Source: Candidatus Parcubacteria bacterium (GTDB taxonomy: Bacteria > Patescibacteriota > Minisyncoccia > UBA6257 > HR35). From it: a stretch of 64,000 nucleotides of DNA. The DNA is taken from assembly GCA_025999335.1 (NCBI GenBank), contig AP024681.1:227656-291655 (forward strand), in the 5' to 3' direction. Position numbers and translations under genes: made by a program. Below the pieces are notes generated by a model that was not told the origin of the DNA, did not search any database, and was given only the letters and a program-made list of their open reading frames with translations. This document shows, piece after piece, positions 52,889-63,744 of this stretch (position 1 is its first letter; each line of letters starts with the position of its first letter).

Positions 52889-54199
52889 ATGATAGATCCT
52901 ATAACTTTTGTTTTAAGGTTTATTTTTGATTTTTGGTGGCTATTGCTACCTCTATTTTTATGGCAAATCTATTGGGAACAATACAAAAGCATAAAGCAAA
53001 CCGATTATTCTAAAAATATTGAATGGGATTTTATTGAAATTAAATTTCCTGCTAATATTCTTAAAACACCTAAAGCTATGGAAGAAGCCCTTAATGCCCT
53101 TCACAGTATTCATCCTGATGAAAATAAAGAAATGACTTGGTACAATTTAAATATTAAAGGTTTTACACCTCTAAGTTATGCTTTTTTAATAATTTTTAAT
53201 CAAAAAAAATTACGTTTTTTTATTCGTTTTCCTAAACAATTAAACAATTTTTTAAAAACAAGATTATATACCTTTTACCCGGATTTACAATTAGAAAACG
53301 TCCCTGATCCTTTAGCTATTTTGCCACCTCAAATCCCTAACAGTTTTTTTGATGTCGCCAGTTATGATGTAAGATTAAAAAAAGAAGATGCTTATCCTAT
53401 AAAAACATATCAATATATTGATGTTCCTTCGGCAGAACAACCTATAGATATTTTTGCTAGTTTTAGCGAAGCAAGCAATGAAATTGAAAACAACGAATGG
53501 TTGATCATTCAATTATTAGCTGTACCTACAACTGCTAATAATAACAAAATAGGCAAAAAATGGATAAAAAGAGCTGAAGAAACAAAAAATAAATTAATTG
53601 GCAAAGAAGAAACAAAAGAAAACCCTCTGACAGAAGAAATAGTTGAATTTATTAAAAACTTGCTCTCCAGTCCTTGGGTAGAAATAACTTGGAAAAATAA
53701 AGAAGAACAAAAAAAGAAAGAATTCTCTTTACAACAATTAACTCCCGGCGAAAAAAATGTTTTAGAAAAAATAGAAAATAAAATGGCAAAACTTGGTTAT
53801 TGGTGTAATATCCGCGTAGCCTATATCGCTCCTCAAGATATAATTGAACAAAGAAAAAAAATTATCGAAACTCTTATTAAAAGTCTATTCAAAAATTTTG
53901 ACAGCGAGGACAGCAACGGCTTTGTTGTCAATGAATTAACTTATCGAAGAATTATCCCGCCAAACTTAAGCTTATTGTCATTCATTGCTAAATCTTTGGA
54001 GTATAACGACATAATTAAATACAGAAAAATAACTCTACCGTCGTATATGAAAAAACAATTCGCTGAGCTAAAACTTGATGAAGGCTTTATTTTAAACACA
54101 GAAGAGCTCGCCTCAATTTTCCACCCACCATTAACTTCAGTCGAAGCCATAGGTTTTAAAAAAATTCAAACAAAACATATTCCTCCGCCAACATTTTAA
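52889..54199 (+). CDS. conserved CPR-type membrane-anchored hypothetical protein, partner of the downstream ATPase
   Basis: N-terminal TM, EIKFP....TPKAME, YPIKTY, ILNTEELASIFHPP. Confidence 0.65.
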   Translation: MIDPITFVLRFIFDFWWLLLPLFLWQIYWEQYKSIKQTDYSKNIEWDFIEIKFPANILKTPKAMEEALNALHSIHPDENKEMTWYNLNIKGFTPLSYAFLIIFNQKKLRFFIRFPKQLNNFLKTRLYTFYPDLQLENVPDPLAILPPQIPNSFFDVASYDVRLKKEDAYPIKTYQYIDVPSAEQPIDIFASFSEASNEIENNEWLIIQLLAVPTTANNNKIGKKWIKRAEETKNKLIGKEETKENPLTEEIVEFIKNLLSSPWVEITWKNKEEQKKKEFSLQQLTPGEKNVLEKIENKMAKLGYWCNIRVAYIAPQDIIEQRKKIIETLIKSLFKNFDSEDSNGFVVNELTYRRIIPPNLSLLSFIAKSLEYNDIIKYRKITLPSYMKKQFAELKLDEGFILNTEELASIFHPPLTSVEAIGFKKIQTKHIPPPTF

Positions 54200-54214
54200 A
54201 ATATTATCATAATA

Positions 54215-55738
54215 ATGTCTGACATTTTAATACTAGGCAAATATATTTTCAGAAATCAATCTAAAGAATTCGGCATTAAAACTGCTGATCGCCGCAAACA
54301 TATGTATGTCATAGGCAAAACTGGACAAGGTAAGACAACTTTTTTAGAGAATATGATTATTAATGATATTCTTAATAATAAAGGTTTAGCTTACTTTGAT
54401 CCCCACGGAGATAGCGTGCAAAAAATTCTCGATTTTATACCTAAAAATAGAATTGATGATGTTATTTATTTCAATCCTATGGACATTAATCATCCAATGG
54501 GTTTCAATCCTTTAGAAAAAATTCAATGGGAGCAAAGGCATTTAATAGCTCTTAGCTTATTATCAGTTTTTAAAAAAATTTGGGTTGATGCTTGGTCAGC
54601 AAGAATGGAATATATTCTGCTTAATGCTTTGCTTGCTCTTATGGAAATACCTGGAGCAACAATGTTAGATATTAACCGAATGTTAGGTGATAAAAATTTT
54701 CGTAAAATGGTTGTTGCTAACTTAAAAGATAGCGTCGTTAAAAATTTTTGGTTAAAAGAATTTGAAAAATACCATCAACAATTTCAAGTTGAAGCCGTAG
54801 CGCCAATTCAAAATAAAGTCGGACAATTTATAACTAATCCTTTAATAAGAAATATTATTGGTCAAAAAGAATCAACGTTTAATTTAAGAGAAATACTTGA
54901 AGGTAGAAAAATATTTTTGGCTAACTTATCTTTGGGAGCCATAGGCGAAGCAACTTCGTCTTTATTAGGCGGTTTGCTTATTAGCAAACTCCAATTATCA
55001 GCAATGAGTAGAGTTGATTTGCCTGAAGATAAGAGAGAAGATTTTTATTTATATGTTGATGAATTTCAAAATTTTGCTACAGATTCATTTGTTAATATTT
55101 TATCAGAAGCTAGAAAATATGGATTAAATTTAATTATTAGCCATCAATATTTAGATCAAATAGATGAAAAAATCAGAAAATCTATTTTTGGCAACATAGG
55201 CACATTTATTATCTTTCGTTTAGGCACCGTTGACGCAGAAATATTCAGCAAAGAATTAAACAACATCGTTACTGTTGACAACCTTATTAATCTTCCAGCT
55301 TATCATATTTATGTTAAATTACTCATTGACAGTGAACCATCGCCGCCTTTTTTAGCAACAACCATACCCCCAGCGCAAAAACCAGATATTTCTTATAAAG
55401 AAGAGATTCTTGCTATCAACCATTTAAAATATGCTAAAAAAAGAGCAAGCATCGAAAAAATTATTAGCGAAACCTTTAAAGATAATATTAATATTGATAG
55501 ATCAAAAATTAAAACTCAACAATGCACTGTTTGTGGCAAAGAATTTGAATTATATTTAGACGAAGAGGACAATGTATGTTTAGAATGCAAAAACCAGATT
55601 CGCGGTGGCATTTCCTTGAAAAAAGCGATTGAAAAAGGTATAGTCATTATGCAGCCCAAAAAACAAACTCAAAAAGAAACAATTCCTGATCCCTTAGATG
55701 AAATACTTAAAAAGTTAAACGAAGAAAATAATAAATAA
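54215..55738 (+). CDS. HerA/FtsK-superfamily (TraD/TrwB/VirB4-like) ATPase with C-terminal Zn ribbon
   Basis: Walker A GKTGQGKT, DPHGD, Walker B LYVDEFQNF, EARKY, SHQY; CxxC-x14-CxxC. Confidence 0.85.
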   Translation: MSDILILGKYIFRNQSKEFGIKTADRRKHMYVIGKTGQGKTTFLENMIINDILNNKGLAYFDPHGDSVQKILDFIPKNRIDDVIYFNPMDINHPMGFNPLEKIQWEQRHLIALSLLSVFKKIWVDAWSARMEYILLNALLALMEIPGATMLDINRMLGDKNFRKMVVANLKDSVVKNFWLKEFEKYHQQFQVEAVAPIQNKVGQFITNPLIRNIIGQKESTFNLREILEGRKIFLANLSLGAIGEATSSLLGGLLISKLQLSAMSRVDLPEDKREDFYLYVDEFQNFATDSFVNILSEARKYGLNLIISHQYLDQIDEKIRKSIFGNIGTFIIFRLGTVDAEIFSKELNNIVTVDNLINLPAYHIYVKLLIDSEPSPPFLATTIPPAQKPDISYKEEILAINHLKYAKKRASIEKIISETFKDNINIDRSKIKTQQCTVCGKEFELYLDEEDNVCLECKNQIRGGISLKKAIEKGIVIMQPKKQTQKETIPDPLDEILKKLNEENNK

Positions 55739-55744
55739 TAAAAA

Positions 55745-57421
55745 ATGAACCAGCAATCAAAAAATAATAATCTTGATATTTTGGATATAGCTCAAAAATA
55801 TCTTAAATTAACTAAAAAAGGTAAATATTTTACCAGCCTTTGCCCTTTTCACCAAGAAAAAAAGCCTTCTTTTTATATCTCTCCAGAGATGCAAATATTT
55901 AAGTGTTTTGGCTGTGGCGAAAGTGGTAATGCTATTAAATTATTAATGAAATTAGAAAATATTGATTATCGACAAGCAATAACTTTGCTAAAAAATGAAT
56001 TTAATATTGACTATCAAAAATATAAAACAAAACAAGTACTCTCGCCAGAAATGAAATTATTAATAGAAATGAATTATGCGGCGCTAAAATTTTTCAAACA
56101 ACAACTACGCCAAAACCAAGAAGCTATTGATTATTTAATAAGCCGCGGCATTAATCAAGAAACAATTGATGAATTTGAATTAGGTTTTGCTCCTGGCGGC
56201 AATCTTTTAAGAGATTATTTGCATTCTCTTGGCTATGAATTAAAAGATATTAAAAAAAATGGATTGGTTGATGAACAACATAATGATCGCTTTCAATCTC
56301 GTATAATTTTTCCTTTAAAAGATGAAAATTTCCGTTTAATAGGTTTTACTGGCAGATTATTTAAAAAAAATTTTGGACCAAAATATCTTAACACGCCTGA
56401 CACACCTTTATTTTCTAAATCATCATTCCTTTATGGATTAAGTTACGCTAAAGACTATATCCTGCAAACAAAAAAAGTTATAATGGTTGAAGGACAATTT
56501 GATTTTTTGTTAAGTTGGGTTAATAATTATAAAAACACAGTTGCGATTTCAGGGTCAGCTTTGACTGAAAATCATCTTAGAAAACTTTCTCGCTACTGTC
56601 AAACAATTGTTTTTGCTTTCGATAATGACGAAAGCGGTTTCAAAGCAACATTGCGAGCAAATATTTTAGCCCGCCAACTTGGTATGGAAACATATCAATT
56701 AAATTATGACGCTAAAGATTTAGGTGAATATTTTTTAGAAAAAAAACAACCTCTTACTGAAACTAAATTTACCGATTTTTTAATAGATTTTTTAGTTAAT
56801 AAATATAACCATCAATATGAAAAAATACTACCTATCTTATTACCACATATTAAAGTTCTTAAGCCTTTAGAAAGTCATCAATATTTAGATAAAATATCAA
56901 AAGAATTTGGCATTCCTAAAAATATCTTGGAAAAAGAAATTAATGATATTATAATTAATAATTATCCATCGCCACTAGCATCCGAACCGTCTTCACAGCC
57001 TATTATAGATCAAGTACCAAACATTAATGTTGAATCAGCCTTAATTGATTCTTTAAGTTTAAAAATTATTAATCTAATATATGCCTTTGGCAAGACTGAT
57101 AACATCGATATCGCCAAAATCAAAAAAATAATACCTAAAAAATTTAAAAAATTATTTAATAATATAATTAGTAATAACCTTGATGATGAAAATAAACCTT
57201 ATTTTGAAATGGCTAAAGATTATTATCAACAACAAAAAATTAATTACCAACGGGAAATTACAAAAAGCGTTAATTATTTAGAAAAATTAATAATTAAAAA
57301 CAAAATTAAAATATTAAACAATAAATTAGAAAATATTAATAACAATAATCGCGATAAAATAATAAAGACAATTAAAAACTTGGTAGAACAATTAAAAATA
57401 ATCGAAAAAAACAATGCCTAG
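55745..57421 (+). CDS. dnaG: DNA primase
   Basis: CPFH..K.PSF..CFGC, PKYLNTP, VEGQFD, FDNDESG. Confidence 0.95.
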   Translation: MNQQSKNNNLDILDIAQKYLKLTKKGKYFTSLCPFHQEKKPSFYISPEMQIFKCFGCGESGNAIKLLMKLENIDYRQAITLLKNEFNIDYQKYKTKQVLSPEMKLLIEMNYAALKFFKQQLRQNQEAIDYLISRGINQETIDEFELGFAPGGNLLRDYLHSLGYELKDIKKNGLVDEQHNDRFQSRIIFPLKDENFRLIGFTGRLFKKNFGPKYLNTPDTPLFSKSSFLYGLSYAKDYILQTKKVIMVEGQFDFLLSWVNNYKNTVAISGSALTENHLRKLSRYCQTIVFAFDNDESGFKATLRANILARQLGMETYQLNYDAKDLGEYFLEKKQPLTETKFTDFLIDFLVNKYNHQYEKILPILLPHIKVLKPLESHQYLDKISKEFGIPKNILEKEINDIIINNYPSPLASEPSSQPIIDQVPNINVESALIDSLSLKIINLIYAFGKTDNIDIAKIKKIIPKKFKKLFNNIISNNLDDENKPYFEMAKDYYQQQKINYQREITKSVNYLEKLIIKNKIKILNNKLENINNNNRDKIIKTIKNLVEQLKIIEKNNA

Positions 57422-58529
57422 AAAAAAGAAACGCCCAACAGCTAAACCTAAAAAAAAGATTGAACAACAAAAAAATGATGTTATTGAAGAAAAAATAAAA
57501 ACTTTGCTTAATAAAGGTAAGGAAAAAGGATTCGTTACCGAAGACGAAATTCTTTATTTTTTTCCTGATATAGAAAAAAATATTGATATTCTAGAAAAAA
57601 TTTACGAAAGATTAGAAACATCGGGTTTAGAATTAAAAAGTAGTAGCGAGTTATGGCAGAATATTAATGAAAACGAATTAAATACAGCCTCAGGTGAATA
57701 TTTAACCGATGCCACGCAAAAATATTTAATTGAAATAGGCAAATACCCTCTTTTAAGCAATGAAGAAGAAAAAGAGTTGGCTAAAAAAGCTGCCAAAGGA
57801 GATTTAGAAGCCAGAGAACGTTTGATTAAATCTAATTTAAGATTGGTTGTCAGTTTTGCTAAAAAATATATAGGCAGAAGTAAAGGCTTGACTCTCTTAG
57901 ATTTAATCCAAGAAGGCAACATAGGATTAGCAAGAGCTGTTGATAAATTTGATTGGCGACGTGGCTTTAAATTTTCTACTTTTGCAACCTGGTGGATAAG
58001 ACAAGCAATTTCTAGGGCTTTGTCGGATCAAGCCCGAACTATTAGATTGCCGGTACATATTGTAGAAACTTTGTATAAACTTAATAAAGCAAAAAAAAGA
58101 TTAGCATCTATTTTGGATCGCGAACCAACTCCAGAAGAATTGGCTGCAGAAATGGGAATGCCTACAAATAAAATCCAAAAATTATTAAAATATGTTCCTG
58201 ATACTATATCTTTAGAAGCTCCTGTTGGCGAAGGCGAGTCAATGCTAAAAGAACTAATACCTGATACAGCAACATTTAGCCCTGAAAAATTAGCTTCATC
58301 AATTGCTCTACGAGAACAATTAAAAAAAGCCATCCAAAGCCTAAGCCCCAAAGAAAGACGTGTTATTAGCTTAAGATACGGCTTAGAAGATGGCGTCATT
58401 CACACTTTAGAGGAAATTGGCAAATTGTATGGCATTACCCGTGAAAGAGTAAGACAGATAGAGATTAAAGCTTTAGAAAAATTAAAACATAATGAATTAA
58501 TTAAAAAAATTAAAGAGCAAGGAGTTTAA
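57414..58529 (+). CDS. rpoD: RNA polymerase primary sigma factor
   Basis: [37 protein letters not shown]. Confidence 0.95.
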   Translation: MPRKKKRPTAKPKKKIEQQKNDVIEEKIKTLLNKGKEKGFVTEDEILYFFPDIEKNIDILEKIYERLETSGLELKSSSELWQNINENELNTASGEYLTDATQKYLIEIGKYPLLSNEEEKELAKKAAKGDLEARERLIKSNLRLVVSFAKKYIGRSKGLTLLDLIQEGNIGLARAVDKFDWRRGFKFSTFATWWIRQAISRALSDQARTIRLPVHIVETLYKLNKAKKRLASILDREPTPEELAAEMGMPTNKIQKLLKYVPDTISLEAPVGEGESMLKELIPDTATFSPEKLASSIALREQLKKAIQSLSPKERRVISLRYGLEDGVIHTLEEIGKLYGITRERVRQIEIKALEKLKHNELIKKIKEQGV

Positions 58530-58536
58530 TTGCATA

Positions 58537-59640
58537 ATGTTCTATCATAAATATAGGCCACAATTTTTTAAAGAAGTTATTGGCCAAGATTTGGTTATAA
58601 AAATTTTGCAAAATTTTTTAAGATCAGGAATTATACCGCATGCTTATCTTTTTAGTGGCGACAAAGGAACAGGCAAGACAACTTTAGCTAGAATTTTTGC
58701 TAAAGCAGTTAATTGTCAAAATATTAACACCGAAAAACAAAATATCGAACCATGCGACCAATGCTTTACTTGTAAATTATTTAAACAAAATAAATTTTTA
58801 GACATTATTGAACTAGACGCTGCTTCTAATCGTAAAATAGATGATATTCGTCATATCCAAGAACACATTGGCTTTCATCCTCTGCAAGGCAAGTATAAAG
58901 TGTTTATCATTGATGAAGCTCATTCTTTAACTGAAGAAGCTTCCAATGCCCTTTTAAAAACTTTAGAAGAACCACCGAAACATGCTTTATTTATTTTAGC
59001 CACAACTGAAGCTAACAAAATATTACCCACGGTTTTATCTCGTGTGCAAAGACTTGATTTCAAGAAAATACCAGCTAAAAAAATTTTTGAAAAATTAAAA
59101 AAAATATGCGCGGCAGAAAAAATTAAATACGAAGAAAGCGCTTTATTAATGATTGCTGAAGAAGCTGAAGGATCATTGCGAGATGCAGAAACTTTATTAG
59201 AAAGAATTTCTTTAAGTTTAGCGCCCCAAGAAATTCTTAGTGAAGATATTGTTAATGATTTTCTGGGTTATTTAAACACAAATAAAATATTAGAATTTAT
59301 AGAATTAGTTACTAATAAAAAAATAAAAGAAAGCATCAATTTTTTAGAAGAAATTTATAGTAAAGGTTTTGATATGGTTTTGTTTCTTAAATCCGTACTT
59401 ATAATGTTGAAAAAAATAACTTTATCTAAAATAGATGAAAGTTACCTTAAACATCTAACCTTTGAAAAATCACAAGAAACAATAGAGCGTATTAAAAAAA
59501 TAAATCAACAATTAACTATTGAAGATTTAAAAAATTTACAACAAGTTTTACTAAAAGCTAATCAACAATTACGTTATGAATTACCTTCGCCAACTCTACC
59601 AATAGAACTTGCCTTAATAGAATATTTTCGGTTAAAATAA
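58537..59640 (+). CDS. dnaX: DNA polymerase III gamma/tau (short form)
   Basis: KYRP, GDKGTGKT, DAASN, IIDEAH, NALLKTLEEPP. Confidence 0.95.
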   Translation: MFYHKYRPQFFKEVIGQDLVIKILQNFLRSGIIPHAYLFSGDKGTGKTTLARIFAKAVNCQNINTEKQNIEPCDQCFTCKLFKQNKFLDIIELDAASNRKIDDIRHIQEHIGFHPLQGKYKVFIIDEAHSLTEEASNALLKTLEEPPKHALFILATTEANKILPTVLSRVQRLDFKKIPAKKIFEKLKKICAAEKIKYEESALLMIAEEAEGSLRDAETLLERISLSLAPQEILSEDIVNDFLGYLNTNKILEFIELVTNKKIKESINFLEEIYSKGFDMVLFLKSVLIMLKKITLSKIDESYLKHLTFEKSQETIERIKKINQQLTIEDLKNLQQVLLKANQQLRYELPSPTLPIELALIEYFRLK

Positions 59641-59654
59641 ATAAAATCTTAAAT

Positions 59655-59725
59655 TGCGGGGTCGTCTAATGGTAGGACAGCGGCCTTTGGAGCCGTTAAT
59701 CTTGGTTCGAATCCAAGCCCCGCAG
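59655..59725 (+). tRNA. tRNA-Gln(TTG)
   Basis: TGCGGGG acceptor, GCGGC-CT TTG GA-GCCGT, GGTTCGAATCC; no encoded CCA. Confidence 0.93.
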
Positions 59726-59751
59726 CTAGCAAGAAAAAATTAAAGTCATCC

Positions 59752-59783
59752 GTCAATTTTTGTTGACTGACAACTAAATTGAC
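59752..59783. repeat. imperfect inverted repeat downstream of tRNA-Gln
   Basis: GTCAATTT(TT)GTTG-actga-CAAC(T)AAATTGAC. Confidence 0.6.
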
Positions 59784-59831
59784 CATAATTTGTAACAAAA
59801 AAATCATTTGGTTCTTTTGTTTTAATATATA

Positions 59832-60058
59832 ATGTTAAAAAGGATTGAAAAAGGTGAAGCTAATGAAATTTTAAATTGGTATCCGAATCACCTAACTAGA
59901 AATTCAATAAATGTCGGTAAAATAATTTATATGATAGATAAAGGTTTAGTTAAATCTCTCAAGTTTCCCACTTTTAGTTTAAATCAATGCTACAAGGATT
60001 ATTTATGCTTCAAATTGCTTTTAAGCAAAGCAAATATTGCTTCGATAATCTTTCATAA
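59832..60058 (+). pseudogene. serine recombinase (resolvase-domain) fragment, frameshifted
   Basis: ML.RIEKGEA..IL.W.P..L.RNS...GKIIY.ID.G...LKFPTF continues after a frameshift as QGLFMLQIAFKQSKY..DNLS*; catalytic N-terminus missing. Confidence 0.75.
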
Positions 60059-60087
60059 TTTTTGAAGAAAGAAAAATATTTTATAAA

Positions 60088-60789
60088 ATGTTTGAAGATT
60101 TAAAACCTAATCCAGGCAAAAATTTAAATATTGAGGTTGATAATCATATATATGCTCGGTTCCCTATTAAAACTCACATAATAACCAAAGAAGATGATAT
60201 TGTTGATGTTTGCAAAAAATACGCCAAGCCGTATTTGCAAAACGGTGATCTGCTTTTTGTAAGCGAACGGATTGTTACTATTAGTCAAGGTCGGGCTTTT
60301 CCGATAAAAGACATTAAGCCATCATTTCTCGCGAAATTTTTGGTAAAGTTTGTTCATAAATCACCTTATGGCATTGGCTTGGGCAGTCCCTGGACAATGG
60401 AACTAGCAATTAGAGAAGCAGGTGCATTGAGAATAATTATCGGCGCACTGGCTGCCGCAATTACTAAACCTTTTGGCATTAGGGGCATTTTTTATAAAGT
60501 TGTTGGCAAAAATATAAATGCAATTGATGGTCCGTGTGATTACACGCTTCCACCCTACAATCAATACGCTAAACTTGGACCGGCAGAACCGGAAAAAGTG
60601 GCAAAAAAATTAAAGATGGAATTGAATAATGATGTTGTTATTATTGATGCTAATGATTTAGGCGTTGCTGTTTTGGGAAAATCTAGCAAATCTATTTCGG
60701 ACTCTTTCTGTAAAAATGTATTTAGGGATAATCCCCTGGGACAATCATCTGAGCAAACTCCGCTTTGCATTGTTAGAAAAATAAATTGA
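60088..60789 (+). CDS. coenzyme F420-0:L-glutamate ligase (CofE)-like protein
   Basis: PIKTH, GDLLFVSERIV.ISQGR, IDG, IIDAND, PLGQ..EQTP. Confidence 0.7.
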   Translation: MFEDLKPNPGKNLNIEVDNHIYARFPIKTHIITKEDDIVDVCKKYAKPYLQNGDLLFVSERIVTISQGRAFPIKDIKPSFLAKFLVKFVHKSPYGIGLGSPWTMELAIREAGALRIIIGALAAAITKPFGIRGIFYKVVGKNINAIDGPCDYTLPPYNQYAKLGPAEPEKVAKKLKMELNNDVVIIDANDLGVAVLGKSSKSISDSFCKNVFRDNPLGQSSEQTPLCIVRKIN

Positions 60790-61061
60790 ATTGCCGCCAA
60801 AGAAAAAGTTAAAATTGTCATCGGTGCAACTTTATCGCATTTTTAGATTTTCACTAGAAACTTTCCTAAGCACCGCTGATGGTTAAATATGTTTGAACTA
60901 TTTTTAGTATAGACAACGAAATCTCCTCAATTCGTATTTCTAAATTTCTAATTTCTAAAATTATTTGCTTTAAACTAAAGGCTAAATCTGTTAAAATAAT
61001 ATTGGAGATTTAAATTATCGCTTTATAATCAATAATTTACATTAAATAATAAAATTTTATT

Positions 61062-61400
61062 ATGACTGCCGCTCGTTTTTTTGCTCTCCTTATTGGAGGC
61101 ATAATAATGCTACCTCTCGCTGTAGCCGTAGATTTTCTTTTAGAGCCTGCGCTTGGAACATTAAGTTTTGGCATAATAAGTTATTTATTAGATGCTATAA
61201 TGGGAGGTTTGTATTTCTTTTGGAGTATTTTTATTGATTACTATAATTCTAATAAACCGGGCTTAAAAAAATCAGTTATTCAATCGGCGAAAAAATTAAT
61301 TGTAGTTGCTACTGGTGAAGCAATTCCTTTTCTGGGAGATATTATGCCATTTTGGACTTTACGAGTTGCTTTAGAAATGTACAATCTTATTAAAGTATAA
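61062..61400 (+). CDS. small hypothetical membrane protein
   Basis: Hydrophobic; E.IP.LG..MP.WT motif. Confidence 0.65.
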   Translation: MTAARFFALLIGGIIMLPLAVAVDFLLEPALGTLSFGIISYLLDAIMGGLYFFWSIFIDYYNSNKPGLKKSVIQSAKKLIVVATGEAIPFLGDIMPFWTLRVALEMYNLIKV

Positions 61401-61447
61401 TCCGAATAACTTTTAAGAAAATTAAAAATTTGTTAAAATATATAATT

Positions 61448-61567
61448 ATGAAAAGTAATTTAAAACAAAAAAGAAAAGTTGGTTTTTTAAAACGCAGTGC
61501 TCGCAAAAGTGGTAGAAAAATCTTACAAAGACGTAGACGAAAGGGTAGAAAAAAACTGAGTGTTTAA
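61448..61567 (+). CDS. rpmH: 50S ribosomal protein bL34 (39 aa, missed by the ORF track)
   Basis: MKSNLKQKRKVGFLKRSARKSGRKILQRRRRKGRKKLSV; upstream of rnpA-yidC. Confidence 0.88.
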   Translation: MKSNLKQKRKVGFLKRSARKSGRKILQRRRRKGRKKLSV

Positions 61568-61577
61568 AATATCTTTA

Positions 61578-61898
61578 ATGCTTAAAAAGCAATTCCGACT
61601 TGATGGTAAAACTATTAAAAATTTATTTGCCGGCAAATTAAAAAAAATAAGCAACGGTAATTTTACTATTTTGTATACGCCCAATAATTTAAAACATTGC
61701 CGTTTTACTGTTATTTGCAAAAAAGAAAACTTTAAAAAAGCAACCCTTCGTAATAAAATTAAAAGACAAATCTATTCTTTACTTTTCCGTTTGATAAAAA
61801 ATAACTTTTTTAAACAAAACTATGATTGTATAATAATTATTAATCAAACAATTAACGATTATCAATCATTAATTAACCTATTAGAAAAAATATTTTAA
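61578..61898 (+). CDS. rnpA: ribonuclease P protein component (ATG at 61578 preferred)
   Basis: MLKKQFRL, KKATLRNKIKRQI RNR motif; synteny. Confidence 0.85.
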   Translation: MLKKQFRLDGKTIKNLFAGKLKKISNGNFTILYTPNNLKHCRFTVICKKENFKKATLRNKIKRQIYSLLFRLIKNNFFKQNYDCIIIINQTINDYQSLINLLEKIF

Positions 61899-61907
61899 AA
61901 ACTTACA

Positions 61908-62555
61908 ATGATTAGCGAAATTTTTGGTTTGTTTAAAGACGGAGTTATTGGTATTATTTTAATATTTTATAAATATTTTAATGATTTAACTCTTGCTATT
62001 ATTGTTTTCACTCTTGTTTTAAAAATTTTAACTTTGCCTTTTAGCTTTTTATCATTCGTTGAAGAAAAAAAAATAAAAAAACTGCAACCAAAAATTAAAG
62101 AGATCTTTAAAAAATATAAAGGTGATATTATTAAACAAAACGAGGAATTAAATAAAATTTACCGCCAAGAAAATTATAAACCTCTCCTTTCCATTTTCTA
62201 TCAACTAATTCCTATGTTCATCATTATTGTTGTACTTACAGCTTTTAATAACATTATTAAAATGCCTAACATTAATAAAATAAGTTTTAATTTTTTAAAT
62301 TTATCCCAAAAAAATGTTTTTCTTTTTATTATTTTATTAATTACTCAACTTTTAACAATTAGAGAAATGAACAAAGACCAAAGAAAAATATTTTTAGGCA
62401 TATTTATTTTAATAGCTTTTGTTTTATATAATTTCCCGGCTATTATTCAAATATATCTTATAACCTATTTTAGTTTATCGCTAATTGAGAAATATTTATT
62501 CAACTTTTATTATATAAAAAAGCCTGTCACTCCTATTCCAAAAAATAATCCCTAA
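61908..62555 (+). CDS. yidC: membrane protein insertase YidC (short)
   Basis: AIIVFT..LK.L..P, LQPKIKEI.KKYK.D; synteny with rpmH-rnpA. Confidence 0.82.
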   Translation: MISEIFGLFKDGVIGIILIFYKYFNDLTLAIIVFTLVLKILTLPFSFLSFVEEKKIKKLQPKIKEIFKKYKGDIIKQNEELNKIYRQENYKPLLSIFYQLIPMFIIIVVLTAFNNIIKMPNINKISFNFLNLSQKNVFLFIILLITQLLTIREMNKDQRKIFLGIFILIAFVLYNFPAIIQIYLITYFSLSLIEKYLFNFYYIKKPVTPIPKNNP

Positions 62556-63701
62556 AGGCGTACGCATTGGTTTAACAACATCGAAATTGCCATTTAAACT
62601 AATTTCTTTAGTCTCTGAAGTTTGAGGATCGAAAATTACTAATTTTGTATCATTGCTTGGTTGTAATAAATGCCATGTTTCCGGATCAAAATCGCTTTTA
62701 TCATTAACACCACAAATTAATACATCCTTAAACGAACATTTGTCGCTAACAATAGCCCAAGGAAAAGATGTTAAGACTTCTTGATTTTTAACCTTCATAA
62801 CAACTGTTTGATTATTAGATGTTAAATTATTAAAATAGCTAATCAATAAAAAATTATTATCCGAGCTAGGCAGTAAAGCATAAGTTTTATCTATATCGGA
62901 AAATAAACGAAGAACTGGAGATTTTGATAAATCAAGAAAAAAAATTGGATTGTTTTTCTCATAAATAAAAATTCCGTTTTTAAAAGCAACTAAATCAGCA
63001 TTTAAAATACCTAAATTTCTTATTTTATTCGATTTATGATTTACTAAATCGTAATCTGCTAAATAAGAATAAGATTCATCATTGCTTATATATAAAATTA
63101 ATTTATTACTCAAAAACACTAAATTTTTAGTAAAAGGAGGCAAAGATTTTATAACATCAGCGTCAATGTCAACTAAAGTAAATATATCTCTCTGTTTAAA
63201 AATTAACTGATTTTTATTAGGAGAAATAAATATTTTTTCAAAATTATAAGTGTTTAGATTATTACTTGGATTATAGATTTCTTTTATTTGAATATTTTCT
63301 AAATCAGAAATATCGAAATATTTTACAATAAAATCACTAAAATCATAAGCATATATTTTAGGATAATCAATATCAATCAAAAATAGCTGCTGCTTAAATA
63401 AAGTTTGGTAATTTTGATTAGGTGAAGACGTGACTATATCCGACTCTACTAACGGTGGTAGATCATAAATTGGCGGAATTGAAGATGTCGCCCTAATATC
63501 ATTTGACGATGAAGTGCCATTGGTTATAGGTCCTGTACCTGGTGGTATCACTCGTATAGAACCACCGCCAGGAGGTCTGTCAACATCTTGAATATTAACA
63601 TTATTATTTTGAACATTATTACGTGAAACAAAATAACCTATTAAAACAAGAATTAAAATTATCAAAACAACTATTATAATAATTAAATATTTTTTATCCA
63701 T
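62496..63701 (-). CDS. membrane-anchored exported protein, possible beta-propeller
   Basis: N-terminal TM, Pro/Ser/Thr linker, beta-rich domain with ISPN and C..C. Confidence 0.6.
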   Translation of the reverse strand: MDKKYLIIIIVVLIILILVLIGYFVSRNNVQNNNVNIQDVDRPPGGGSIRVIPPGTGPITNGTSSSNDIRATSSIPPIYDLPPLVESDIVTSSPNQNYQTLFKQQLFLIDIDYPKIYAYDFSDFIVKYFDISDLENIQIKEIYNPSNNLNTYNFEKIFISPNKNQLIFKQRDIFTLVDIDADVIKSLPPFTKNLVFLSNKLILYISNDESYSYLADYDLVNHKSNKIRNLGILNADLVAFKNGIFIYEKNNPIFFLDLSKSPVLRLFSDIDKTYALLPSSDNNFLLISYFNNLTSNNQTVVMKVKNQEVLTSFPWAIVSDKCSFKDVLICGVNDKSDFDPETWHLLQPSNDTKLVIFDPQTSETKEISLNGNFDVVKPMRTPLGIIFWNRSDRLFYIIKVE

Positions 63702-63744
63702 TAATATTATTTTAAAACAATTTTTTTAAATTAATTATAAAAAG

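Noticed and set aside
61401-61447. oriC upstream of rpmH
   Set aside because: Gap is under 50 nt, has no DnaA boxes, and dnaA is not adjacent
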